Below are positions 9,245 through 19,134 of a stretch of 52,442 nt of DNA, piece after piece. Under the pieces are notes generated by a model that made no database searches, was not told the origin of the DNA, and saw nothing but the letters and a program-made list of their open reading frames with translations. Numbering within the stretch: position 1 is the stretch's first letter; each line of letters opens with the position of its first letter. The DNA comes from Candidatus Magasanikiibacteriota bacterium (GTDB lineage: Bacteria; Patescibacteriota; Patescibacteriia; Magasanikbacterales; UBA922): the NCBI GenBank assembly GCA_903837125.1, contig CAILTG010000094.1:1-52442 (forward strand). The letters run 5' to 3'. The translations under genes and the position numbers were made by a program.

Positions 9245-11293
9245 TTAATTATTTAACAATTTAAAAAATTCTTTCTCATCTAAAATCTTAACCCCTAATT
9301 CCTGCGCTTTATTATATTTACTACCTGGATTCTCCCCCACTATTACATAACTGGTATTTTTAGAAACAGACGAAGACATTTTACCACCTAATTCCCTAAT
9401 CTTTTCTTCAACCTCTTCTCTACTCATACTTTCTAATGTACCGGTAATCACAAATGTTTGTCCATTAAATCTTAATTCTTGATTCTTAATTCTTGATTCT
9501 TTAATCTTAACACCATTACTAACCAAATCATTTACCAACTTTACACTCTCTTTGTCATGAAACCAGTTAAAAATTGACTCGGCAACACGTGGACCGATAT
9601 CATTTACATTTTGCAATTCTTCTAAACTTGCTTCTTGAATTTTTTCTAACTTAACAAATTGTTGTGCCATTCGAATTGCCGTTTCTTCGCCCACATGTCT
9701 AATTCCCAAACCATAAATAAATCTATTCAACGGTTGAACTTTGGCTTTACTAATGGCTTCAATTAAATTATCGGCTGATTTTTCGGCAAATCTTTCCAAG
9801 GGTTCTAAATCACCTTTGGTGAGAGTAAAAATATCTGCTGGATTTTTTATTATTCCTTCATTCATTAATTGCTCTACAATTTTTTCTCCCAAACCATCTA
9901 TATCAAACGCGTCTTTGGAAACAAAATGACGAATATTTTCTAATTGTTTAGCAAAACATTTATTATTTGTACACACCAGTGCCACGCCTTGTCCTTTTTT
10001 ATCTCCCGTTTCATATCTTTTTATTTCCGACCCACAAATTGGACATCTTGTTGGCTCTTTAACTGTCTTTTCTTTTCCAGTTCTTAACTTATCCAACACT
10101 CTAATTACTTTCGGAATAATATCCCCAGCTTTTTCAACAATCACATAATCACCTATTCTCACTCCTAAACGCTTAATTTCATCAAAATTATGCAGTGTGG
10201 CGTGAGTTACAGTTGATCCAGCCAATTTTACTGGCTCCATTAAAGCCACTGGGGTTAAAGCACCTGTTCTACCCACTTGTACATAAATATCTTTTATTCT
10301 AGTTTTGCCTTGTTCAGCAGCAAATTTATAAGCAATTGCCCAACGTGGTGCTTTACCGGTAAAGCCCAATGCGTCTTGATATTTTTTTTGATTAACTTTT
10401 ATGACAATTCCATCAATCCAAAATTCAAATTTTTCCCGCATTTTTTCCACTTGTTTATAAAATGCAAAAATCTCACCAAGTGTTTTGCACACTTTCCAAT
10501 GTTTATCTGTCAAAAAACCGAGTTTTTCAAGAGTCTCTAATTCATCTTGCTGCGTATCGGTTTGTATCTTGTATCTTGTGTCTTGTGTCTTGACGAACGA
10601 AATATCATAAGCTGTTAAAGAAAGTTTTCGTTCACGTACAACCGCCGGATCCAATTGCCTAATTGTTCCTGCTGCAGCATTCCGTGGATTGGCAAATTCC
10701 GGTTCATTATTTTTCTTTCTTTCTAAATTTAATTTTGCCAACATTTTTGACCCCAGCCACACTTCACCCTCAGCGACCATAGTCACTGACTCACGAAGAC
10801 GCAACGGCACCGAATGAATAGTTTTAATATTATTAGTGACATTTTCACCGACTTTACCATCTCCTCGTGTGGCAGCAATTTTAAGTAAGCCATTTTCATA
10901 AGTTAATACCATGTGCAAGCCATCTATTTTTAATTCACAACAATAATCCAAATCTTTCGGCCGATGACCAATTTGTTTCTCTAGATAATTCATTATTCTT
11001 TCTTCCCAGTCTACCATTTCTTCCTCTACAAATGCGTCATTAAAAGACCATTGTGGCACCGAGTGCACAATTTTTTCAAATTTTTCCAATGGCTTACCAG
11101 CCACTCGTTGAGTCGGCGAATCTGGAGTAATTAATTCTGGATGTTGTTCTTCAATTTTTCTAAGCTCATTCATCAAGCCATCATACATTGTATCAGTAAT
11201 TTCTGGATCATTCAAAACATGATAGCGATAACGCAAGTCATCTATTTGTTCTCGCAGACGTTCAATTTTTTCTAATAAACCTTTTTCAACCAT
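9245..11293 (-). CDS. ligA: NAD-dependent DNA ligase
   Basis: ELKIDG, TRGDG..GE, FANPRNAAAG, Zn finger, HhH, BRCT. Confidence 0.98.
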   Translation of the reverse strand: MVEKGLLEKIERLREQIDDLRYRYHVLNDPEITDTMYDGLMNELRKIEEQHPELITPDSPTQRVAGKPLEKFEKIVHSVPQWSFNDAFVEEEMVDWEERIMNYLEKQIGHRPKDLDYCCELKIDGLHMVLTYENGLLKIAATRGDGKVGENVTNNIKTIHSVPLRLRESVTMVAEGEVWLGSKMLAKLNLERKKNNEPEFANPRNAAAGTIRQLDPAVVRERKLSLTAYDISFVKTQDTRYKIQTDTQQDELETLEKLGFLTDKHWKVCKTLGEIFAFYKQVEKMREKFEFWIDGIVIKVNQKKYQDALGFTGKAPRWAIAYKFAAEQGKTRIKDIYVQVGRTGALTPVALMEPVKLAGSTVTHATLHNFDEIKRLGVRIGDYVIVEKAGDIIPKVIRVLDKLRTGKEKTVKEPTRCPICGSEIKRYETGDKKGQGVALVCTNNKCFAKQLENIRHFVSKDAFDIDGLGEKIVEQLMNEGIIKNPADIFTLTKGDLEPLERFAEKSADNLIEAISKAKVQPLNRFIYGLGIRHVGEETAIRMAQQFVKLEKIQEASLEELQNVNDIGPRVAESIFNWFHDKESVKLVNDLVSNGVKIKESRIKNQELRFNGQTFVITGTLESMSREEVEEKIRELGGKMSSSVSKNTSYVIVGENPGSKYNKAQELGVKILDEKEFFKLLNN

Positions 11294-11300
11294 AATTAAG

Positions 11301-12074
11301 CTAATTTAACAACCCCAAGTACCAACCCACAATTTGGTCTCCCCAAAACATGACAATAAATGTAGCTACAGTTAAATAAGTACCAAAAGGCGTTTCACTT
11401 TCTAAATTTTTTTTCTTTAAAACAACCTGTGTTAAACTAATAACTGCTCCCAACACATAAGCCAAAATTAAGCCCACAATAATATTGGGCCAGCTTAAAA
11501 TAACACCCATAAGTAATCCCAAACGAATATCACCTCCACCAATCCATTTGCCGTTGGATATAAAAAACTGCACAAAAAAGAAGCCAGCGCCAATGGCTGC
11601 CCCTATTATCATACTTTGCCAAGTTTGCCAATTCTCTGCCACCGATGCTAGATAAACAATTATCGTCAAAGGTAAAACCGCCATGTCTAATATTTCTTTA
11701 TATTTTAAATCATAAATAAAAATAAAAACCAAAAAGAAAACAATTCCCAAATCACGCAACATTTCTAAAGTAACAAAAGTATTTTCACCTTTCCTTAAAT
11801 AAGCTACCAATAAAAACAAAATACCCATTGCAAGTTCAACTGCTGGATATTGCCAAGAAATTTTTTCCTGACAATGACGACACTTTCTTTTTAACAAAAA
11901 ACAGCTAATTAAGGGAATATTATCATACCACAAAATTTGTTTACGACACCTCGGACACATAGAACGCCCGGAAACTATACTTAAATTTTCTCGTGTTCGC
12001 CAAATCCAAGCATTTAAAAAACTGCCAACCATTAAACCAAAAACAAAAACTAAAAAATAGTAAAAATAACTCAT
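11301..12074 (-). CDS. pilD: prepilin peptidase (A24)
   Basis: GSFLN, RSMCPRC, YDNIP, KCRHC, GGGDIRL, PFGTYL. Confidence 0.92.
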   Translation of the reverse strand: MSYFYYFLVFVFGLMVGSFLNAWIWRTRENLSIVSGRSMCPRCRKQILWYDNIPLISCFLLKRKCRHCQEKISWQYPAVELAMGILFLLVAYLRKGENTFVTLEMLRDLGIVFFLVFIFIYDLKYKEILDMAVLPLTIIVYLASVAENWQTWQSMIIGAAIGAGFFFVQFFISNGKWIGGGDIRLGLLMGVILSWPNIIVGLILAYVLGAVISLTQVVLKKKNLESETPFGTYLTVATFIVMFWGDQIVGWYLGLLN

Positions 12075-12164
12075 AACTTACGGATTACGAATAATCCGGA
12101 TTTACTGATGCCAAAGCAATTGGCGAATCCGTAAATCAGGATTATCAGGATATCTGTAAGTTAT
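12073..12164. repeat. long imperfect inverted repeat built of ~9-nt units, upstream of pilD
   Basis: ATAACTTACGGAT..TAATCCGGATTTACTGAT / ATCCGTAAATCAGGATTA..ATCTGTAAGTTAT. Confidence 0.7.
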
Positions 12165-12192
12165 CGTACCATAAAAAACGAGCAACAGCAAG

Positions 12193-12224
12193 AAAAAACA
12201 CCCCGATTTTACAAGGTGTTTCTT
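12193..12224 (-). terminator. intrinsic terminator after the pilin gene
   Basis: AAACACC...GGTGTTT stem with T-tract on the minus strand. Confidence 0.55.
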
Positions 12225-12247
12225 CATTTCTAGACTAGAAATGGTGT

Positions 12248-12685
12248 TTATTTACTTATTCCTGACGGAGTGGCAATAATTGGACCAGCGGCCAAATTAT
12301 TTACAGTACTCTCCAATGTTGCTGAAATACCGTAAGTAGTACCATTTGCTGATAAATACTGATAAGTACTGCTAACATTTGGATCACTTGGAATCTGTGC
12401 CATATAAGGATTGGTACAGCCACCTAATGCCTTAAAGCCACCACTATCCAAACAACCCATACTACCAGTGCCTAAAGTTGTACTTGCAGCTTTAATTGGA
12501 TAAGCGTTATTATCTGTAAAGTACAATTCCAAAGAGGTTTGAATTTGTCTAAGATCTGACATACGTTTAGCATCTCTAGCTTTTGTTCTAGCTGTACTTA
12601 AAGCTACTACTGCTAACGTAGACAGTAAACCAATAATGGCAATTACCACCAAAAGTTCAATAAGGGTAAAACCTTTTTTGTTCAT
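12248..12685 (-). CDS. type IV pilin / GspG-like pseudopilin
   Basis: KKG|FTLIELLVVIAIIG cleavage motif, ARDAKR.SD, LELY...YP, P.DP; strong SD AAAGGGGGTGA. Confidence 0.92.
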   Translation of the reverse strand: MNKKGFTLIELLVVIAIIGLLSTLAVVALSTARTKARDAKRMSDLRQIQTSLELYFTDNNAYPIKAASTTLGTGSMGCLDSGGFKALGGCTNPYMAQIPSDPNVSSTYQYLSANGTTYGISATLESTVNNLAAGPIIATPSGISK

Positions 12686-12717
12686 GTTCTCACCCCCTTT
12701 CGTATGATTGTTTTCAT

Positions 12718-13104
12718 TTAATTAATGTTAAGTACTTTTCTTACTTTGGCCACTGTTTCTGATGGTTTAAAATGAGCTTTAATCAAATAATCAGCTGCCC
12801 CCATTTCCAAACCCTTTTCCACATCATCTTTTTGCCCCAAATTAGTGAGCAAGATTACTGGCACATTTTTTAATTCTGCATCCTGCTTTAAATTATGCAA
12901 AACCGTATAGCCATCCATTTTGGGAAGCAAAATATCCAGCAAAATTATGTCTGGCTTTTTCTTTTTGGCATCTTTCAGACCTTCTTCGCCATTTTCCGAC
13001 ACACTGACCTTAAAACCTTCCATTTCAAATTTGGTTTTATAAATATTAGCCAAAAATGCGTCGTCTTCTACCAATAGTATATTTACCTGTTTTTTATCTT
13101 CCAT
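12718..13104 (-). CDS. single-domain response regulator receiver
   Basis: ILLVEDD, DIILLD..LP.MDG, ILLTN, GA.DYLIK. Confidence 0.92.
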   Translation of the reverse strand: MEDKKQVNILLVEDDAFLANIYKTKFEMEGFKVSVSENGEEGLKDAKKKKPDIILLDILLPKMDGYTVLHNLKQDAELKNVPVILLTNLGQKDDVEKGLEMGAADYLIKAHFKPSETVAKVRKVLNIN

Positions 13105-13192
13105 ACTTTTACAAAACTTTTACAAATTAACTCCTCCTTATAATTTTAGCAAAAAAACGTCTAATTGTTAAGGGCAACTGTGGATATGACTT

Positions 13193-14332
13193 TTAAATGA
13201 TGTTACGCATAGCCAAACCAATGGCCACCGATAACCGCGGGCCAACTCCATCCAAAAGTTTTTTCAGCCCCTCTTGATAAACTGTTCTGGCCCAAGGATC
13301 GCCCACAAAAACTTTAACATTAAACTTACTACGAATATAATCGGCAATAAATGGCAAAACCGCTGAACCACCAGTAAGGATAATTTTTTCCGGCCGTTTA
13401 TTTTCATTGCCAGTTTGATGTAAAAATAATTCAAAACCATAACCAATTTCTTTTTCTATTGGATCTACAGCCGACATAAATAAATCCAAACCCACACCTT
13501 GAGGCAGATTGGAATAATCTTTTTTAATCTGTTCCACTTCATTACTATTAACACCCAGCACTTGTTTCAAAATTTTATCAAAAGAATTACCACCCACATT
13601 AATACTTCTGTGGGTTAAAGGTAAACCCTGGTCTACAATAAAAAAATTAGTTCTTTCTGCGCCAATATCTACAACCATTATGGTAGCCGTATCATGCCCC
13701 ACCAAAGAACGCTCTAAAGCAAAAGCCTCAGTTTCTAATTCCTGAAGCTGTAAACCAGCTTTTTGAAAAATGGCTGTATAAAAAGCCACTAATTCTCTAG
13801 GTGCAGCAGTAACCAAAATACGCAAATATTTCTTTTTTTTGTCTGGATCTGGTTCAGGAATCACCTGATGCACCACCTGCATTTCTTCTATTGGCCTAGG
13901 CAACATTTTACGTACTTCAGCACGAACAATATGATCAATTTCTTTCTCTTCCACTTTAGGCAAATTAAGGACCGCATGAAAAACATAAGAAACCGGTAAA
14001 CTGGCAGTTGTTTTAGTAGTAGTAATTCTGGCCTTTTTAGCCAAGGTTTTCAGAAGCTTGGCATATTTTTCTACCCGCGGATCATTTAAATCTGTTAAAA
14101 AATCATTTTTTTTATTCTTATTTTTTTGGGAATCTAAACCATTATCTTCTTGCACTAATTCTTCCACATTTTTTTCTTTCATTTCTGGTAAATGAATGTC
14201 CAGTGGTTCATCAACCATGCCATAGGTCCACAATTGCGGCCGGCCCTTAGTTTTACGTAACTCAACAAGTTTAATGCCGTTGGCACCAATGTCTACACCC
14301 AAATAAGATTCATGATGGGAAAAAACAGACAT
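13193..14332 (-). CDS. pilM: type IV pilus assembly protein PilM
   Basis: LGVDIG...IKLVEL, VDIGAERT, IILTGGSA, AIGLAMR. Confidence 0.9.
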   Translation of the reverse strand: MSVFSHHESYLGVDIGANGIKLVELRKTKGRPQLWTYGMVDEPLDIHLPEMKEKNVEELVQEDNGLDSQKNKNKKNDFLTDLNDPRVEKYAKLLKTLAKKARITTTKTTASLPVSYVFHAVLNLPKVEEKEIDHIVRAEVRKMLPRPIEEMQVVHQVIPEPDPDKKKKYLRILVTAAPRELVAFYTAIFQKAGLQLQELETEAFALERSLVGHDTATIMVVDIGAERTNFFIVDQGLPLTHRSINVGGNSFDKILKQVLGVNSNEVEQIKKDYSNLPQGVGLDLFMSAVDPIEKEIGYGFELFLHQTGNENKRPEKIILTGGSAVLPFIADYIRSKFNVKVFVGDPWARTVYQEGLKKLLDGVGPRLSVAIGLAMRNII

Positions 14333-14403
14333 AACGAAGTTGAAAATTTATAACTAGATTACATTATACCACGTTCTCCAGTCTATTACTAACATATCCA
14401 CAA

Positions 14404-14488
14404 CTTCACCTGACCATCTAGCCACTTGACCGCATAATTGTTCAAATAATTAGGCGGTAAGGTGGTCAAGTGGTAAGGTGATAGAGTG
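14404..14488. repeat. imperfect inverted repeat of 8-nt units between pilM and cysS
   Basis: CACCTGAC CATCTAGC CACTTGAC CGC ... GCG GTAAGGTG GTCAAGTG GTAAGGTG. Confidence 0.6.
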
Positions 14489-14494
14489 TTCTTT

Positions 14495-14524
14495 TTGACT
14501 CCAGCCCCTAAATTAGGGTATAAT
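14495..14524 (+). promoter_or_regulatory. cysS promoter
   Basis: TTGACT - 18 bp - TATAAT, 9 nt before ATG 14534. Confidence 0.55.
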
Positions 14525-14533
14525 GCTCCCATT

Positions 14534-15919
14534 ATGCAATTAAATCTCTTCAGCACTCTCACTCACAAAAAAGAGCCCTTTTACCCCCTTCGTGGCAAGT
14601 CTGTAGGTCTTTATACTTGTGGCCCCACGGTTTACAACTATGCTCACATTGGCAACCTGCGCACCTATGTTTTTGAAGATATCTTAAAACGTGTTTTAGA
14701 ATACAATAAATACAAAGTAAAGCAGGTCATGAACATTACTGACGTTGGCCATCTCACTTCCGACGCCGACCAGGGTGAAGATAAATTGGAAAAAGGCGCA
14801 GCCCGCGAACACAAAACTGTTTGGGAAATCGCTGAATTTTATACTAAAAAATTTCAGGAAAATTTAAAAGATTTAAATATAGAAAGTCCGAATATTTGGT
14901 GCAAAGCCACTGACCATATTCCAGAACAAATTAAATTAGTACAAACTTTAATTGATAAAGGCTATACTTATAAAACTTCAGACGGAATTTATTTTGATAC
15001 CACAAAAATTTCTGACTATGGCAAGCTGGCCAATTTAAAAAACCAAGAACTTAAGGCTGGTGCCAGAATTGACATGGGCGAAAAGAAAAATCCCCATGAT
15101 TTTGCGCTATGGAAATTCTCCCCTACTGGCTCAAAACGCCAAATGGAATGGAACGCTTTTGGTAAAAAAGGCTTTCCTGGCTGGCACCTTGAATGCTCAG
15201 CCATGAGTATGAAATATTTAGGCGAACAATTTGATATTCACTGTGGGGGAATTGATCATGTGTCAATCCACCATACGAATGAAATTGCGCAGTCTGAAGC
15301 TGCTACTGGAAAAAAGCCTTGGGTTAAATATTGGTTGCATGGTGAATTTTTGGTTATGAACCAAAGTAAAATGGCTAAATCAACTGGCAACTTTGTAACT
15401 TTAGAAACTTTAAAAGAAAAAAAAATCGATCCCCTAGCCTACCGGTATTTATTATTGCAGACACATTATCGCAAGCAATTGACGTTTAGCTGGGAAGCGT
15501 TGGAAGCGGCACAAACAGGGTTGGAGCATTTATACGGAGAAGTCTTTAAAGTCAAAAGTCAAAAGTCCATAATGTTTAAAAGCCACGAGGTTGAAAATAA
15601 ATTTCAAGAAGCGATAAATGATGACCTAGATATGCCAAAGGCACTAGCGGTTGTTTGGGAGGCCATAAAAAATAATCAAATTGATTATAAAACGCTATTA
15701 AAATTTGATGAAGTGCTGGGGTTAAATTTGAAAAAGATCAAAAGATTGAAAGATCAAAAGATTGAAATGCCAGACGAGGTAAAAAAACTTTTGGATTTGC
15801 GTCAACAAGCCCGCGAACAAAAAAACTGGACTGAAGCTGACCGTTTACGCGAAGAAATTAAAAAATTAGGATTTACTGTAGAAGACGCCAAGGATGGACA
15901 AAAAATTTCTAAGTTATAA
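14534..15919 (+). CDS. cysS: cysteine--tRNA ligase
   Basis: [38 protein letters not shown]-like C-terminus. Confidence 0.98.
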   Translation: MQLNLFSTLTHKKEPFYPLRGKSVGLYTCGPTVYNYAHIGNLRTYVFEDILKRVLEYNKYKVKQVMNITDVGHLTSDADQGEDKLEKGAAREHKTVWEIAEFYTKKFQENLKDLNIESPNIWCKATDHIPEQIKLVQTLIDKGYTYKTSDGIYFDTTKISDYGKLANLKNQELKAGARIDMGEKKNPHDFALWKFSPTGSKRQMEWNAFGKKGFPGWHLECSAMSMKYLGEQFDIHCGGIDHVSIHHTNEIAQSEAATGKKPWVKYWLHGEFLVMNQSKMAKSTGNFVTLETLKEKKIDPLAYRYLLLQTHYRKQLTFSWEALEAAQTGLEHLYGEVFKVKSQKSIMFKSHEVENKFQEAINDDLDMPKALAVVWEAIKNNQIDYKTLLKFDEVLGLNLKKIKRLKDQKIEMPDEVKKLLDLRQQAREQKNWTEADRLREEIKKLGFTVEDAKDGQKISKL

Positions 15920-15921
15920 AA

Positions 15922-17370
15922 TTACCCAAACTTCACATCATCTTGCGCAATTACATGACCTGAATCAGTTAATAAATCATTTTTACCCGGAACACGGTTT
16001 GTCTGAACTTTTTTTCCAGTTTTATCAAGTTCTTTAGCAAGGAGTGACGCCACACTTTCCGTTGGCAAGCCTGCTGGCGGTTCGCCACGTTTACCAACTG
16101 CTTTCTGAACCAAAGGAGTTTTAACGTGGGACATGGGAAAATGCCAAATACTGGCCAATTCTTCAATATTTAAAACAAAAGAATTGCCCCCGGTTTTCAT
16201 TTTTCGCTTTTTATAGGCCCTAATTAACAAATTTTTTCGATAACTACGCCTGGCTTGTTTAAAAAAGAAAGCGGCCACAGTTTTGTAAACCGGTATAATA
16301 GAATTAGAATTAGGAATATTAAACTGAGTCACTGCACCTATTAAAGCATTCACCCCATGCTCTGGCTTAAACATTTCTTTTCTGGCTGCGTATACTCCGC
16401 GCATTTTAGTCTTAAAACCAATTTTTTGAATTTTAGTTTCCATTCCCTCTAACAACTTTCCTTGCCCTGGAGACAATACTTTTTTTTCTTCTTTTTCTTC
16501 ATGTTCCTCGTACTCACTAGCCATACGACCAAAAACTTGATCACCAATAAATTCTATAGCTTTTAAACCATAGGTTGGTATATTATCTAAAACACCAGCC
16601 ACTCCACCACCATGTGCATGGCTGGATTTTCCTTCAGTAATTTCTTCCATTTTTTTAATCACTTGTTCTTTCCAGGAATTAGAAATTGGCTCTACCAAAA
16701 TTTGAAACCACATTTGTTCTCCGGCACCTAAACGTGAAAAACTTTCCAAAAAAGTACCCATAGGATCCTTTAAAACAGTGTCCTTAGAAATTTTATGCTC
16801 AAATTCAGTGTAGGAACGAAGTGGCTGGCCGAAATGCTCGGCTAAACCAAAATCCGCTGCCCAAACGTCATAATATTCATTGGGATAATGACTGGGAACC
16901 AAATCTACATAATCCTCTACTTCAGTAATCTCGGCATCAGAATATTGTGCATAAACTGCTGCTTCCACCAAATCACGAAATCTTTCTTCAGTTCTAATTA
17001 AAAACTGAATATAACCCTCAATACTAATAATTTCAAAACTAAACCAGCGCTGTTTAAATCCTAAAATAAAACGTTCTTCCAAATCTGGATTATTAAAAGC
17101 ACCAGCTAAATGATTGAATAACTGTTCTACAGCCTTTGGGGTTTGCACATTCATAGGTGGCACATCCACTGCCAAAAGTACCCACTTCCATTGACTAACA
17201 TATAATTTTTGCTTGTATTCCAAAAACATATGAATAACTGTATAAAGTAACAGCCAATCCAAAACAACCCAACCTAAAATAGCCATCAATTGAATTTCAA
17301 TACTGGTAATATCTTGTGACCAAAAACCACTAAAGGCTCCTGTATTAATTGTAAATAAGCCAAAATCCAT
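15922..17370 (-). CDS. conserved membrane-anchored protein of unknown function (CPR-type)
   Basis: N-terminal TM, FSFEI, AQY.DAEI.EVEDY, EELASIWHFP motifs; start at MDFG (17370). Confidence 0.75.
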   Translation of the reverse strand: MDFGLFTINTGAFSGFWSQDITSIEIQLMAILGWVVLDWLLLYTVIHMFLEYKQKLYVSQWKWVLLAVDVPPMNVQTPKAVEQLFNHLAGAFNNPDLEERFILGFKQRWFSFEIISIEGYIQFLIRTEERFRDLVEAAVYAQYSDAEITEVEDYVDLVPSHYPNEYYDVWAADFGLAEHFGQPLRSYTEFEHKISKDTVLKDPMGTFLESFSRLGAGEQMWFQILVEPISNSWKEQVIKKMEEITEGKSSHAHGGGVAGVLDNIPTYGLKAIEFIGDQVFGRMASEYEEHEEKEEKKVLSPGQGKLLEGMETKIQKIGFKTKMRGVYAARKEMFKPEHGVNALIGAVTQFNIPNSNSIIPVYKTVAAFFFKQARRSYRKNLLIRAYKKRKMKTGGNSFVLNIEELASIWHFPMSHVKTPLVQKAVGKRGEPPAGLPTESVASLLAKELDKTGKKVQTNRVPGKNDLLTDSGHVIAQDDVKFG

Positions 17371-17887
17371 AACAGGATACAAAATACACGTAAAAATATA
17401 CAAAATTTTAAATTGACTCTATTTTTTGTTCTAAATAATCAATCGTACTCCATAGCATTTTTGCAATTTCATCTAACATTTCTAAACCTTGTTTAAATTC
17501 ATCTTCTACAATCCATTTTTGTGTGAAAGAAAAATACAAAATATATTTACACTCTTGAGTAGAACCATGCGAGGTTTCATAAAAATTTAACTTTACTTTT
17601 TCTTTCCTTCTAGCAAAACCCTCCACATAATTCAACATGATGGACACAGACGCCCGCTTTAATTGCGATATTAATCCATAAATTTCATCCTTTGGTAATT
17701 TATTAGCTATTTTATAACTAAAAACAACATAGGCATGAATTTTTCTTTTTAATAAATCATGAAACTTTTCCACATTTAACTATTATTTTTTATATATTCA
17801 TCACGTTTGTTTTGTATATTTTTACGTGTATTTTGTCTCCTTGTCACGTTTGTTTTGTATATTTTTACGTGTATTTTGTATCTTGTT
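17371..17887. mobile_element. putative cassette: four-helix-bundle gene between 35-bp terminal inverted repeats
   Basis: 17371-17405 vs 17853-17887 inverted, 34/35 identical; right arm tandemly duplicated (17801-17843 / 17844-17887). Confidence 0.6.
17408..17773 (-). CDS. four helix bundle protein (23S rRNA IVP / bAvd-like family)
   Basis: LPKDEIYGLISQLKRASVSI..N..EG..R, F...S.GS..E. Confidence 0.92.
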   Translation of the reverse strand: MEKFHDLLKRKIHAYVVFSYKIANKLPKDEIYGLISQLKRASVSIMLNYVEGFARRKEKVKLNFYETSHGSTQECKYILYFSFTQKWIVEDEFKQGLEMLDEIAKMLWSTIDYLEQKIESI

Positions 17888-18057
17888 TAGTGGCTGCCGC
17901 TACCCAGCAATTTGTGAATTGCCACATAAATAACAATTACTCCCAAACCAGTCCACCACCAGCCGTGAGCACTAGAAACATAACCAGAAAAATAAGCCAA
18001 GAGTACTATTAAAGATCCACAAAATGCCACCATATGGCGAATAAAATTTTCAGTCAT
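17887..18057 (-). CDS. small two-TM membrane protein
   Basis: MTENF... 56 aa with two hydrophobic helices. Confidence 0.6.
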   Translation of the reverse strand: MTENFIRHMVAFCGSLIVLLAYFSGYVSSAHGWWWTGLGVIVIYVAIHKLLGSGSH

Positions 18058-18129
18058 AAATTCAAGAGTTAAAAAGCTTATAATTATGTCTAGTATACCA
18101 CAAATAAAAAAGCCAACCAAATGGCTGAC

Positions 18130-18198
18130 TTTATCCCGATTTTGCTTCGAGCAAAATCGAAGATCCTCTATTTCAATCGAAATTGAAATCGGGATAAA
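18130..18198. repeat. branched palindromic (REP-like) element directly after the secF stop
   Basis: TTTATCCCGA/TCGGGATAAA closing stem with two inner hairpins (CGATTTTGC-ttcga-GCAAAATCG; ATTTCAAT-cgaa-ATTGAAAT). Confidence 0.65.
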
Positions 18199-19113
18199 CT
18201 ACTCGTCGCTATGTCTATTATTCCAATTATGCCACACCACAAGTAACGGACTGGCAATAAAAATTGAAGAATAAGCTCCCAAAAAGATGCCAATGAGCAA
18301 TGCCAGAGAAAAATAATGAATACTGGCTCCTCCAAAAACAAACAAAGCCGCCAATACAATCAAGACGTTTAAAGTGGTGTTGATAGAGCGCATAAAAGTT
18401 TGATTCACTGCCACATTTACTGTTTCAGCAAAATCATCAGAACCATGGCGAACAAGATTTTCGCGAATGCGGTCAAAAATAACAATTGTATCATTAACCG
18501 AATAACCTAAAATAGTTAAAATGGCCACCACAAAAGGTATGTCTACTTCCACCCCGGCAAAATGACCTAAAAATGAAAACACACCAGTAGTAATTACTGT
18601 ATCATGAAAAACCGCCAGAATAGCCGTGACACCATATTTCCAAGAAGCTATTGGCTTACTGACTCTACGAAAAGAATAAGCAATAAAAATAATAATACCA
18701 ATCATCACGGCAATAGCTGCATACAAAGCACGAATGCGCAATTGTGAACTAATGGCCGGACCAATGGTTTGAAACTGAATTTCCAAAACTTTATTATCAT
18801 TAATTTCAAAATTTTGACGTAATTTATTTAACATGACCTGATGTTCTTCTTCATTCAAAAAACGCGTTTTGATGGTCATGTTTTTTTCTCCACTGGGTTG
18901 CACCACCATTTCTCCAAAATTTAAAGTTTTTAAAGCAGCTTGTACTTGGCTTACCTGCGGCCGATTATTAGAAAAAGTTGCTTCCAGCATTGAACCGCCT
19001 TTAAAATCTATTCCTGCATTTAAACCAAAAACTATTAGAAAAAAAACACTGGTCACAAATAGCATGCCGGAAATAGTTAAATTTAATTTTCTATAACCAA
19101 TAATATTTACCAT
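18199..19113 (-). CDS. secF: protein translocase subunit SecF
   Basis: GIDFKGG, IGPAIS, FHD, GYSVNDTIVIFDRIREN, YSSIFIASP. Confidence 0.96.
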   Translation of the reverse strand: MVNIIGYRKLNLTISGMLFVTSVFFLIVFGLNAGIDFKGGSMLEATFSNNRPQVSQVQAALKTLNFGEMVVQPSGEKNMTIKTRFLNEEEHQVMLNKLRQNFEINDNKVLEIQFQTIGPAISSQLRIRALYAAIAVMIGIIIFIAYSFRRVSKPIASWKYGVTAILAVFHDTVITTGVFSFLGHFAGVEVDIPFVVAILTILGYSVNDTIVIFDRIRENLVRHGSDDFAETVNVAVNQTFMRSINTTLNVLIVLAALFVFGGASIHYFSLALLIGIFLGAYSSIFIASPLLVVWHNWNNRHSDE

Positions 19114-19134
19114 ATAATTTTCAATTTGGAAATT

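Noticed and set aside
17408-17773. Diversity-generating retroelement (bAvd-like gene)
   Set aside because: No reverse transcriptase and no TR/VR pair with adenine-specific mismatches seen in the window
17801-17887. 43-bp direct repeat as a CRISPR array
   Set aside because: Only two adjacent copies with no spacer and no cas genes; explained as a duplicated cassette arm
17812-18012. ORF starting MYIFTCIL, same as the ORF-track start of 15922..17403
   Set aside because: Both are translations of the inverted-repeat arms; the real downstream gene starts at 17370
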